A stretch of DNA of 64,000 nt, from positions 109,678,001 through 109,742,000 of the forward strand of contig NC_087438.1 in NCBI RefSeq assembly GCF_036321535.1. Reading direction: 5' to 3'. The position numbers and the translations under genes were made by a program. Positions 48,386 to 59,990 of the stretch are shown here, one piece after another. Origin of the DNA: Camelus dromedarius (lineage: Eukaryota). Position 1 is the stretch's first letter. Every line of letters starts with the position of its first letter. The notes below the pieces were generated by a model. That model was not told the origin of the DNA and made no database searches. It worked only from the letters and a program-made list of their open reading frames with translations.

Positions 48386-50004
48386 GAATAAGTTGGAGAG
48401 ACTTGAGTTGGGGGATTGGCCAGAAGAGTCAAAATGCAAGGCCTAGATGCACCAGACATGCGCCTTCAAGAATAATCTGGGGGACGGAGGTCACAGTGAA
48501 AGCTGAAGTGAGTCACCTCCAAGTTGGATGGCCTCCATCAAACAAGACAGGCCAATTCCCAAACACCGGTTGGCCACAGGTGTCTGAGAATACAATCTGC
48601 TTTCAAAGTACAATTAAATAGGAAAATACTCAGTGATCTCAAGTTGTCGACTTGTCCTGAAGCCAAATTTGGTCAATTTAGGCCCAGAATTTAACCAGTG
48701 CAAGGGAGAATGGCTTGTTTCCAGTTTACAGAAGTTTTTTGGGGGAGCTTCTTTGCAGAACTCAGAAGGAGGGTGTTCTCAGACACAGATGGTCTCAGCA
48801 GCCTTCATTTAGGTTGGTATCCTGGGGAAAGTCATCAATCTGGACATGCTCATATTTCCATCTTTGTTCTGGTTATCCAGCAAATAATAAATAGGTTTTA
48901 TTTCTGCTAAGTGCTAATTTAAGAAGCATCTCTCTCTCTTTTTCTTATTAGGGTTACCTATGTCATGGCTCCATCACCTGGAACCTATGATCTAGAGCTA
49001 CTTCCAAAAATAATAAAAAGTCTATATACCCTTTGGTTTGTCCAGTGAAGTCATGTGGATAAAATGGTAACACGTAAAAATCACGACATTGCCATACAAA
49101 CAATAGCAAGAATGAAGTCTGAAATATTACCCTTTCTTTCACGGAATGATTCAATGATATGGTTGAGTGAAGAATAAATGGGATTTTTTTTTTTTCTGGT
49201 TGCAGCTATAATAGTCTTAAAGAAAGCATTAATAAGGCATATAATTCTTTAAGTCTTTCAAAGCTATATTTAATCAAATATGCAAGATCATCTAGATTAA
49301 GAGAACTATGTGGTCAGGTTTATTTTTACCATTGTTGAAGAATGGCCAAGAGTGGTAAGAAGCATCTCTTTTTAAAGTTATTTATTGGGGGAAAATATAG
49401 AAGATGCAGTCAGTGCATCTAAGTGGAAATGACCTCTTGGTGTTGGCTGACTCACCTCTTCAGGTATGTTGTCAATTTTATTATTATTTAGCATTTTTGG
49501 CTAAATTAAGACTAAGAATGAATCACCCAAGAAAGAAAGAGTGATTCTAGGAGATGCACCTACATTTGTTTTCCCATAACTGAGGTTCATTTGAGTTTAT
49601 GTAAGCTGTTATTTCAGAGTTAGCACATCACCTCTAAAACTGCCGCATTTAAAGCCGGGTTGATTGTAAAAAGCGGCATTTAAATGTTTTTGTGGAGGGA
49701 TTAGGGATGGAATATGTACACATTGGTCACCCAGGGAGAGGTTGAAATCGTCATTTCCCTCCTTAGTGGAAGCAGGGAATGTAATTAACAACCATTTGCA
49801 GGTACCAGTTGAATATTTCATGGTGGTGACTGTGATTCATCCTTGCTTCTTAACAGCAACTAGAGGAAAATTAAACCCAGGGTTTATGACTTTCTGGCAA
49901 CTATAGAATGTAAAATCCAAAATTCACCTCCTGTCTTACTAACTCACCTTCCTGTATCCCTCTCACATGCCTCCTCCTTTTGCAAGCAGTAGTTTTCACT
50001 CTGT

Positions 50005-50019
50005 ACAGTAGGGGTTTTT

Positions 50020-50050
<31 letters not shown>
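50005..50050. repeat. T/(GTTTT)n microsatellite
   Basis: ttttttttttgttttgttttgttttgttttgttttt. Confidence 0.9.
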
Positions 50051-50942
50051 GTGAAACCAGAAGCTTCCTAATTTACAGAGGGAATTTGGTTAATGCAGTG
50101 AAGGCAAATAGGTTTCAACTCTCAGGTTTCAACCTGACATTGATTGCTGGTGGTTTCTAAATAAAGTTGCCTCTAGGCATAGCAGGAAGAAGGGCAATGG
50201 TTGTTTAGTAGTACCTACCAGCGGTTGCGGAGGAAAGAGCATCATCCATTTTGCTGTCCTCAACCAGGACAAAGAGGGCAAGGTCAGGAATTGAGTCTGG
50301 CCTCACTAAGCCGTAATGTACTAGGAGATTTTGGACAAATGTCAGCATTGCACCTTCCTCAAATGCCATTTTGGGGGACGGGAGATAAAAAGTCTATCAT
50401 ACAAAATTCACAAGCCTGTCATAAAGATCAACAAAGATTTGAAGGTATAGAAATCAGTAGGGTGTAATGTTATATTCCCATTTTTGAAGGAAATACAGAT
50501 CTGTATTAATAAGACTCAGAGCTCCATTGTAGATGTATCTATCTTACTCGTGTGGAAGGTATAGGGGAAGGAGAGCTTGGAGTCCTTGAGTGGAAATGGG
50601 AGAAGGGTAGAAAGTTAGAAATGGGAGAACTTTATGTATTATCTAGAAGAGTGGTTTTAATTATTTTTTTAATCCAAGAAACCCATTTTCTCTCTCAGAC
50701 AAGATTCTTTATGGCTCCCAATACAATAAACCAATAAAGGATGCTATTCTGTTTGAAGCTGCTTACTTCTCACCAGGCTTCCCCAGGTTGTTAGTATGGA
50801 GGAAGTGCCGTTAAATATGTTTGAATTTAATTAGGTGCCCTGTAAATCTTCAGAAAGTGGCTTGTAAACTTTCCCAGCATGTTAAATTCCCCAGTCTCCC
50901 TTATGATATCTTGGACCTTGCCTTCCAATGTGTGTGACCAGA

Positions 50943-51083
50943 GGGGAGGGTATAGCTCAAGTGGTAGAGCACATGCTTAGCACGTACGAGATCCTGGATT
51001 CAATCCCCAGTACTTCCTCTAAAAATAAATAAATAAGTAAACCTAATTACACCCCCCTCCAAAACAAATAAACAAACAAAAAA
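50943..51083 (+). mobile_element. Vic-1 type SINE, copy 3
   Basis: ggggagggtatagctcaagtggtagagcacatgcttagc...ggattcaatccccagtac; aaacctaattacaccccc tail. Confidence 0.9.
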
Positions 51084-51289
51084 CAATTCTCACAGAGGCA
51101 CAGAAGAGAAGTACTTGTGAGACTGGGGTCCAAATGATAGGGTGCCTGGTATTGGGGGCGAAAAGATTTGTGTACAAGAGAAAACCAACTCATAATTGTA
51201 TTATAAACATGAGGGCATGACAAATCAGCTGTTCCATCTGTAAAATCCTCGGGTGGGATGAGTCATCCAGACAGCACCTTTGTCTTACT

Positions 51290-51480
51290 CACTGTCCATC
51301 CATCCAATAATATTTATCAAGCACCTATTGTCTGTCAGACACTGGGCACTGAGGAGACAGTTCTGAGCTAACCCAATGAACTCCTTGTTTTCCTGGAATG
51401 TGTTGGGAGAAATGGAATAAACAAAGATAAAAATAATAATTTCAGACACAGTGAGATTATGCAATAAAACGAAACAGTCT
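51290..51480 (-). mobile_element. L2 3' end
   Basis: ccatccatccaataatatttatcaagcacctattgtctgtcagacactggg. Confidence 0.7.
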
Positions 51481-52699
51481 TTTCATACAAAGGAACTGAG
51501 GGTGGAGCTTATCAACAGCAAGAACTCCATACTTCTTACATGAGCCCATAAAGGCTTTTTATGGGTCACCAGTGGCCACAGAGCGCAGGTTGACAGCAGG
51601 TACTTTCAAGAATTTCAAACGTGAGAGCCGTATCCATTGTAATCTTAGAGTTCCCCTGGGGCACTAGAGAAACTTCATTTGCCTGATTGAGTGGGCGTTT
51701 GGCTCCGAGGATTGTGACTGGAGCTTTTATGTCTTTATGTCCCTGTGCTCCCCGGCAACATTTCTGCATCTATAGTGTTGTTGTAAAAGCTTTCAGTCTT
51801 CATGGTGATGGAGCACAGAGGAGTTGCGTGAGGAATTTACAGCCACTGCAGAAGGGGTGTTGGAGTGGCCAAGTTATAACAAGGTAACTTTAATACGTTT
51901 TGTTGACTGAGGAGAAGCAAGACTTTTTATGGATCTAGAAAACAAATGCGCGTGAGAGAGAGTAGGGCTCAGAGCTCAGAGAACGTGGTCACAGAAGAGA
52001 ATTCAAGGTTGAGGACAGAAGAGAAGGACTGAGAGTAAATTGGACCAACAGAGAAGCTCAAGGAACCAGAGGACAGAAGCTGGTTTCGTGGGGACTGTGA
52101 CCCGCACTCCCCTCCCCACATCATGGGAAGGAAAGTGGGAACAAAATACCTCATGTGAATTGTTTCAAAAATACATAGTTCACTAAAGTGAACCATTAAT
52201 CTGACCCCAAAAAGAGATGCCTTAAACTTGAGGTGTTTCTCATTTGTGCTCTTTGAAAAAAACAATTCATCATGTTGACGGAACCAATGTCACAGGGCTG
52301 TGAAGTCCCTCTCCTTTCCCTAACCCTGCCATCCCTTCCCTCCGGGCCTGGGTGCGTGGCTCTAGGTCCAGGGTTAAGTTGAGAGAGGAGGACATGATAG
52401 ATGCCCTTTTCCTCTTCGTGCCAGTCTGGTGAGGTGCGAAGCCCCCCGGACTCTGGCACGTCCTGGCTGTTGTCCAGGCAGGGGGACTGGCGGCGAGGTC
52501 TCAGGACTAGTGTGTTCAGCCTTGTCTGGGCAGGCGATTTGGCAGACGGGATTTGGCAGAAGGAGCAGCTGTTCTGGCATCACCGTTCCCTTTCAGACAT
52601 TGTGGTCAAATCTCATTACATGTCACCAGGAGTACCATAGACCTCGAGCACACCCCGAGGGCCAGGAAGCCCATGGAATGCGGAAGTGTTTGGATTTCC

Positions 52700-53045
52700 C
52701 TTTCTATTTCCCACCTCCTCGTTTAGAGGTCTTCCACATCCTGCTGCTTTGTGCCCATGCACCCCCTTGGCTGGTATTTCTCCTCACATCACCTGCCTTC
52801 CCTCCTTGGCTCTTCCTTGTAAGCCTTGCCTTCCAGGGTCAGATGCTTTTGCTGCCTCTAATCCTTCAGGACCCTTGACCAGATCTGATGCTTCTCCCAC
52901 CCTGGCACTTACCTTACCCGTCTGTCTGACCTTCTGTTTCCTGCTCTCGTAGGGCTGTGGAAGCAGAAGTGGTGTCTCTCTTCCCCCTCATCTCCTCTGT
53001 AGATCCTAGCGCCATGCTTGGCATCATTCATTATGAATGAACTGG
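52700..53045 (+). mobile_element. L2 3' fragment
   Basis: pyrimidine-rich body; ends cctagcgccatgcttggcatcattcattatgaatgaa. Confidence 0.5.
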
Positions 53046-54539
53046 CTGGCCACGCTTCTGTTTCACTTCTTCATCTGGAAACCCGAGCCCCTCCTTTACT
53101 TACGTCACAGGATTTCCTTAAGGGCCAGATAAAGTGATGACTGTTTTCTTCAGAGCACAGGAGGTTGTGTAAAGGTGCAAGGTGGCCGTAAACGTCACAC
53201 GTGCTATTGAGTGGAGAGATGATGTCAGAGGCAGCTCTTTGTTTCGTGTTCATTCCTGCTCTTCAGAGACAAACATCTGTCAGGTCTAATCAGTGCTGCC
53301 TTTCCTGAGGGAAGATTGACAGAGACAGACTCTCCTGTCTGCTCCTGTCAGGGTAATGGGCACCTATGGAGACGCTCATCTTAATTTATCTAATAGAGGG
53401 TGTTTGCCTCCTGCAAACTGATTGTTTTGACTTATTCAGCAGGTTTGCCATGATTAAGGTGTCTTCTTTGTTATTAAGATAAAGAGTGCCCTTTTCTTTC
53501 TTGGGGTGAAAGATGAAAGATAATTAAAAAAAAATTTTTTTTAAACCACCCAGTCAGGTTAATTGGATGGTATCTATCCAGAGACTGACATGTTCCGATG
53601 TAACATCGGAAGCTCTTTGTGAAAGGCTCAATGCTCATAAGATTAAATCTAGGACTAACCAATGGGCAAAAGGACAAGGAGACGGATGTTTAAAATGGGC
53701 TCATTATAAAGGAGAGCTGCTTAAAAGGAGGGCCCAGAGATGGGATGGGGCAGCTCTAGAGGTCAGGGGGCTTAGACTGGAGATATTCACACAGAATTTG
53801 GATGGTCACTGAGCTGGTGCTAGGAAGACCCTGCCCCAAAGCCTGGAGATGTGGGTTCTAGTCTTGTATTAATGACAACCACAGTGATAACAACACAAAA
53901 GTAGTAATTAACGCTTATCAGTTGTTTACTATGTGCCAGCACAGAGCTTTCCTTTTCCGTGCACTGCCTTCCTTCTCATAATGCCACAGTTAGGTGCTCA
54001 TTTCCCCTCTTTGCTATTCATTTGCTGTGTGACCGTGGACTGGCTCCTTTACCTCTCTGAGCATCAGTTTCCTCACATATAAAAGTTGAACTCCACTGCT
54101 CCTCCAGCTCTGTCATCTGATGTCTTTTCCCTTTTCTTACTACATATAAAAACCAAACAGAGGCCCAAGACCACCCAGGGGTCAAGCTTCAATTTTTAAG
54201 GAAATAGGCCCATTGTGTAGCCCCAAACAAGGGGCAATGAAAGAGCAGGATAGAAGGTTTGTTGATTAATTGGGCTCATTATTCTGATCGGGGCCTGTTT
54301 ATACACTGGTGGCCTAAAGCACCTTTGCCTCTTGTTAGCACACTGTGTTCTTCTCAAGACAGGGGCCAAAAGGCTTCTGGAATTCTCTGGATAGATAGAT
54401 ACAGACCAAGATCTGGGAGCATCTCTGGTACCCAGATGAGTCCAGGAGTTTGGCTTCTGACCCATCCAGACGGAATGTGAAGCCAGACAGGGCCTCAGCC
54501 AGGACACGTGCACCGTCCTTTAGTGACACAGGTTGGTGT

Positions 54540-54567
54540 GGGCGTGGGCGTGGGCGTGGGCGTGGGG
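54540..54567 (+). repeat. (GGGCGT)4-GGGG hexamer tandem repeat
   Basis: gggcgtgggcgtgggcgtgggcgtgggg read directly. Confidence 0.95.
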
Positions 54568-56339
54568 AGGAGTGTTTTATGTCTGACGTTGTGTACAACT
54601 GCTGGTGCCTGGTGATAATAAAATCAGACTGACTTTCACTGTTTTTAAATTCTCTAAAGACCATGCACCCCTTTGTTGCCTGGACACAAGGCTGACTGCT
54701 CACATCACCCGCCCTTTATACCGCTAAACATGGGCCTGGGACCTGTGTCCTGGCGCCTGGGGGTTGGGGTGAGGAGGAGTTATTTCTGGAAGCTGGGGAC
54801 TGAGCAAACTGCTCTTGGGGAGTCTGAGATCAGCCTGGATTTCTTTAGCTCAGGGTCCAAACAGAGGAACCCACCATTCTTGTAACATTCAACAAATACA
54901 CATTGAGCACCTACTTGGAAATAGGCCCTGTGCCTTACGTATGTCACATCAGTTAATTTAATCATCAGAATTAATCCTTTCAGACAAGCGATATCCCTAC
55001 AGATGAAGGATCCAGGCTCAGAGTTGTGAAGTAACTTGCCCCGCTGAGCATTGATCTGTGTCGCTTCCAAATCAGTGCTGTCTGGCTGGGGACAGGCACA
55101 GATTTGGGGTTGCTTGTCCTCGGAGCTCTGGGACCCTCAGGTCTGTGTTCGCCTGGGAGAGTGCCGTGAGGGCTCAACACTTCCCTCAAACTGTGATAAG
55201 ACCCGAACGCAGCAGTCAGGAAGGGGGGCCTGCCTGTGTGGTCCTGGCGACCTGGTCCCCAGGGATGTCACTGGAAGGACAAGGGCAAAGGCCAAATGGA
55301 ATGTGAACTGAGGCCTTGACCCTGGCTTTTCAGTGTGTGGTCCAAGGAGAGGTTCCCTAAAGAGGAGACGGGAGCAGATAAGTAACTTCATGATCTTGTC
55401 CGGAAACAGCATTTGGAACATTTCCCCAGGAGCTTAGTCCGGCTGAGTCAAGTGCGTGGAAAATGATTTCTGTTGCTTTGTGCATTTTTCCCCAGGTCTC
55501 CTCCCAGTGGGCCTTGGAGCCTCCTTACCCCTCTCCTCAATTTCGTCTACTCCCTGGAACTCATCTTGTCCCCAGACTCAGGGAGCAGAAGTAGCTACAT
55601 GTGGTCAGATGTCCATTCCTGGGGAATCTGAATGCAAAGGAGGTGCCCGGTTTAAAAGTCTAATGTGTGTGTGTGTGACACATACGGCAGGTGTTAATCT
55701 GCTGGTTTGAACAAACTCTTTCCAAACATGTTCTAATTCCTGAGGAACCATTTGGAAAGTTCCCAAGGTAGGAAAAGATCAATCACAAACAGCTTTGAGG
55801 TAGTCAGTAGAAAGTTTGATTGTTTCCTCTTGGCAGTAATTGCTTCCTTGCTGAAAAATGTATAGGGGAGACAGTTCTTGGGAAGAGTTCTGGGCCGACA
55901 TTTGCTACGTGGTTTCAGGAAGGGGCTGAGACTTTCAGCCAAGTAGCTGGTTCTCACTGAAAGCCAAACATTTGGTTTTGAGTTTAGCTCCCACTCGGAA
56001 TTCATTTCCCAGACCTCAAAGTATGAGACGGTGTGGTGTTGTTATTTATTTATTTTCCTTTCTTCTTAGGCTTGTTTGTTTTCTGGCCAGAAGCCCAGGT
56101 AGTTTCCGTGAAGGTGAGAGTCCTTAGGTATTTGTAAGATGAGGAGAAAGCCGCGGATGGTGATGGTGTGCGAAGGGGATGTACAGAAATTGGACAAGAG
56201 GGAATTAAGCCAACTTTGCCTGAATTATGTTGTTTTTCTTGTGTCTTAGGAAATGAGAAAGCCAGAAGCACTGTGATCCATCATTATAAGACCCACCTGC
56301 CTCCCTCTCTCCTTCCCACCCCCCTCCCTTCCTTTCTTC

Positions 56340-56650
56340 CTCTCTTCTGTCCATATAGGAAGACTGAATTGAGCATCTGTTATGAGCTAAGTGATACAGA
56401 GGTGAATAAGCACAGTTCCTGGCTTCTAGAAATTCATGACTGAGTGGGGAAGACAGACACAAACAGGACCCTGCAGTATAGCCAGGTACTTATTATACCA
56501 GGAGTTTGTGCAGATAGTCCAGGCAGTGCAGTAAAGAGGGCTCTTGCATCTCTCTGGGGGTTTAGTAGGGGACATCAGGAAAGCCTTCTTGGAGCAGCGT
56601 TTCCAGCTGAATCCCGAAGGGTAAGAGCCAGGGTCGGTTGATGAAGAACT
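56340..56650 (-). mobile_element. L2 fragment
   Basis: attgagcatctgttatgagctaag...gtgaataagcacagttcctggc; gggacatcaggaaagccttcttggag. Confidence 0.65.
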
Positions 56651-57479
56651 GGGTTGTCATTATGGATGCAGACCGAAAGGGGTGAATTAAAGATGTGCAG
56701 TGGAGAAGGAATTGACAAGTGGTCTGGAAAAGGCAGGAAGGAGTGAATGACAGCAATGCTTATAGAGCCTTCTGCGGTGACACGGCCAGGCTGTCTGTAC
56801 CCAGTGTGGGCAGGGCTGGGGTGGGCTCGGGCCTGTGCCAGGGCCCAGTGTTAACAGTAGCAATAAAAACAAAAACACTTAACAGTTACCTGATGACAAG
56901 TCTAGAGACAACCGCTTTGAATATATTATCTCAGCGTACCCCAGTGTGGTTTATGTGTTATGAGAGATTATTTTAGGTCATACTCTGTTGAGACACTGAG
57001 TAACACCAAATCATATTGTTTCCTTTTTAATTCTCTTCCCAGCTTTCTGATTACTTCAAGGAGAAAGTCTCAGTTTGAAGTTGCTGCATTCTTATCCATC
57101 TCTTCTTCATTTTAACAAAGAGAGGGCAGCCTCAGGCACAGGGCCTTTAGCAGAAAATAATATTTAGCTTGAATTCAACAAAATTTTAATTGTTATTTAC
57201 TGAGAAAAAATTTCAATGTGATTTTTATTGGCATTGTTGGTTGAATATCAACTTATGGTGACACCGGTTTCCTATTTATGGTAGTAATTTATCATTTCCT
57301 GTTATAGTGCATGAATTTAAGTGAAAACTTAGATTGAGTTAAAAAATGCTTACATAACTTAGATTTCAGATTTTATGCAGATACAGCAAAGATCAGGAAG
57401 AAGTATGCCGATGACTAAAGTTTGTATTATTTCCCTCTGTGCCACAACTCTGTCTGGAAAATGCTCTTTTAATTTCAAT

Positions 57480-57600
57480 TTAGTTATTACAAAATTGAGA
57501 TTTCAAAGGGTTAAGTAATTAGGTCAGTGTCACTCAGCTGGCGAATGCCAAAGATGAGAATTGAACCTAGGCCCATCTGACTCTGAATCCCATGTGACCT
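57480..57600 (-). mobile_element. MIR SINE
   Basis: aaaattgagatttcaaagggttaagtaatt..ggtcagtgtcactcagctgg...gaattgaacctagg. Confidence 0.65.
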
Positions 57601-57856
57601 CGAGGACATAGATCTCTATTGACCAGATGTTTGACAGTAGGTGAAGGGAAGATTCTAGAATGTTAGAGCTGGAATGGCCTTTGAAATCAGTTGGTCCATT
57701 GTTGTCATGCTTTTTTTTTTTAATTTATTTTTTTAACCACCAGTCCCTCTTTTATAACATATTTTAAATTTTTTGGAAGAACAAACTGGACTTTGTAAGT
57801 TATACTTAATTTATTCTCCTAGTTATTGTGAATCAAATAAAAATGTGCAATGTTAG

Positions 57857-57988
57857 GGGGGAGGATATAGCTTAAGTGGTAAAGCACATGCTTAGCATGC
57901 ATGAGGTCCTGGGTTCAATCCCCAGTACCTCCATTAAAAAAAAATTAAATAAATAAACCTAATTACCGCCCCCCCCCCCCCAAAAAAA
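57857..57988 (+). mobile_element. Vic-1 type SINE, copy 4
   Basis: gggggaggatatagcttaagtggtaaagcacatgcttagcatgcatgaggtcctgggttcaatccccagtacctcca; TSD-like aa(a/g)atgtgca on both flanks. Confidence 0.9.
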
Positions 57989-58779
57989 GATGTGCATGTA
58001 GTGTTCACTGAAGCTTTGGATCAGCTTGAAAGAGCTAGTATTGCCGTGGGGTCCTATAAAGTATGTTGCAAGTTCTTGTGACTCTCTGCTAGCATTTGCA
58101 TGGATTCCTGGGCATCTGTGGTTCCTAGGTTGAGAATGACCAATCTAGGCCATCTCCCTATTTACTAAGACATAGAGAAAGGGAGTGGTTTGGTTACATG
58201 TGAGTAAGTGGCAGGGTCTGAAATGGAGTCCAGATAAATTCCTCCTTTGTTTTGATGAGGTGCCCTTTCCTTCTGCCACACTGCTCACCTGAGCCCCATT
58301 CCTGCTCTGAGAGCATTGGTCCAAGGGCTTGGCTACCTCCTTGTTTCCTGCCACTCCTGAGAATGGGACTCAGCATTTGCAGCTCTTAGCTGAATCTCAT
58401 CTCCATTGTTTTTCCCTCTGGGAAATGCATGTACCTCGGGAAAGTCGTCATAAGATGGTTGTCAAGTAATTCCTGTGACTTTTGTCCCCAGAAGAATGCT
58501 CTAGATTTCTCTCCAAGTCTGTGTCTTGTTTAATGACATCACTGTGTATCCTGTTGCCCATCTAAGCCTTATTCCAAGAGCCTCCCCCATCTTACCTTTG
58601 CTTCCGTCTCCAGGCTCATCACTTACCATTGTCCCAGCACATGTTGTCCATTCTGTCAACATGACTACTTGTCTTGAACTTGCCATGTTCTTTCTTAACT
58701 TTTAGCCTTCGTACATGCTGTTCCTTCTTAAAAATAAGTGTTACCGTTCACTTAACACTTAACATATGCCAGTCACTGT

Positions 58780-59190
58780 GCCAAGAACTTTGTTGGCTTA
58801 ATTTGGTCCTTACCAATCCTCTCAACCACTGCCCTGCCTCTCAGCTCTTTCTCTTTATTTCCATTCTCTTTGCTGCACTTTAAGCAAAACTCTGGCCATG
58901 TCTCTCCTTGGCTGGGTGTTCCAGACCTTTCGCAGATGGGCCAAACAACCACTCTGGTGTTCCCTGCCCTGCAGTCATTGCTCAGCCACGCTGGATTGCT
59001 CACCCTGAACATGCCACCTACTTTCATGCCTTTCTGCCCTCGCTGGTTCTTTTGCATCTCCCTGGAGGGTCTTCCCCTCAGTATCCTTCTATTTTATCTT
59101 TCCATCCTTCGCAGCCCTACTGAGATGGCTCCACCTTAAAAACACCTGCCTAGATCTGATCATTCAGGGGTAATCTCTCCCCGTATCTCT
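58780..59190 (+). mobile_element. L2 fragment
   Basis: cagccacgctggattgctcaccctgaacatgcc; tccatccttcgcagccctactgagatgg. Confidence 0.55.
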
Positions 59191-59639
59191 AGATTTGTGT
59201 CCATATTTTATCCTAAATTTCTCATTAAATTCTTCTGTATTAAAAAAATACAAAGTTTTTTTTTTAATCATCAAAAGTATAAGGAAGGTAACAAAAAATG
59301 GCCCCTAATTTCCTTGTCATGATAATTTTTTTTGATATAAAAAAGTCATGCATATATTTTGTTGGAAAAGTCTGATAGTAAAGAAAGGACCAAAAGAAAA
59401 TGTAAGAGCCTCCTCACAGCCCCACCCTCTTCCATCTTTAGAGTAGAACAGTCAGCTTTTTGTGACTGTCCTTAGCTACCCCAGCTAGACTTTCTGAACT
59501 CCCAAGAGGGTGGCCACCATAGCCTTGTCTCTAGAGCAGCACATTGCACACAGTGAGCAAGCAGTTAATGTTAATTGCTATTGTCACACACCGCTTCTAA
59601 GTTGTTTCACTTAGACTTTATAACGTATATTTTATGTAT

Positions 59640-59990
59640 TTGACATGAAATAAACAGACTGCCAGGTATTTCTCCAGAAGAGGAGGGTTTATTTGAGATC
59701 AGCAGAGAATTGTGTTTTGGGGTCTGCAACCATGGTGAGCCACATGTGGGTTCCTGCAAGGCCAAGGAAAGAGGATGCTTTTACAGCGAGAAAAAGGGAG
59801 CTGGGTGGGGTCCAGTAAACAAAGAGTCTGTAGGCTTTCATGGGCTGAATCCTTGCCAGGAAAGAAGAGGGGTTTTTCTTCTTCCTGCTGGGCTCTGCTA
59901 CCGTCACAGGGCGTGAGAGCTCCCTGTTCTGGTCTCCCACCTCTATTTAATGGATGCTCTAGTTGATTAACTTTTTCCATTGTATATATG
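59640..59990 (-). mobile_element. ERV1-class LTR-like element
   Basis: tgacatgaaataaacagactg start, gggtttatttgagatcagcagagaattg (AATAAA on minus); right boundary uncertain. Confidence 0.5.
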
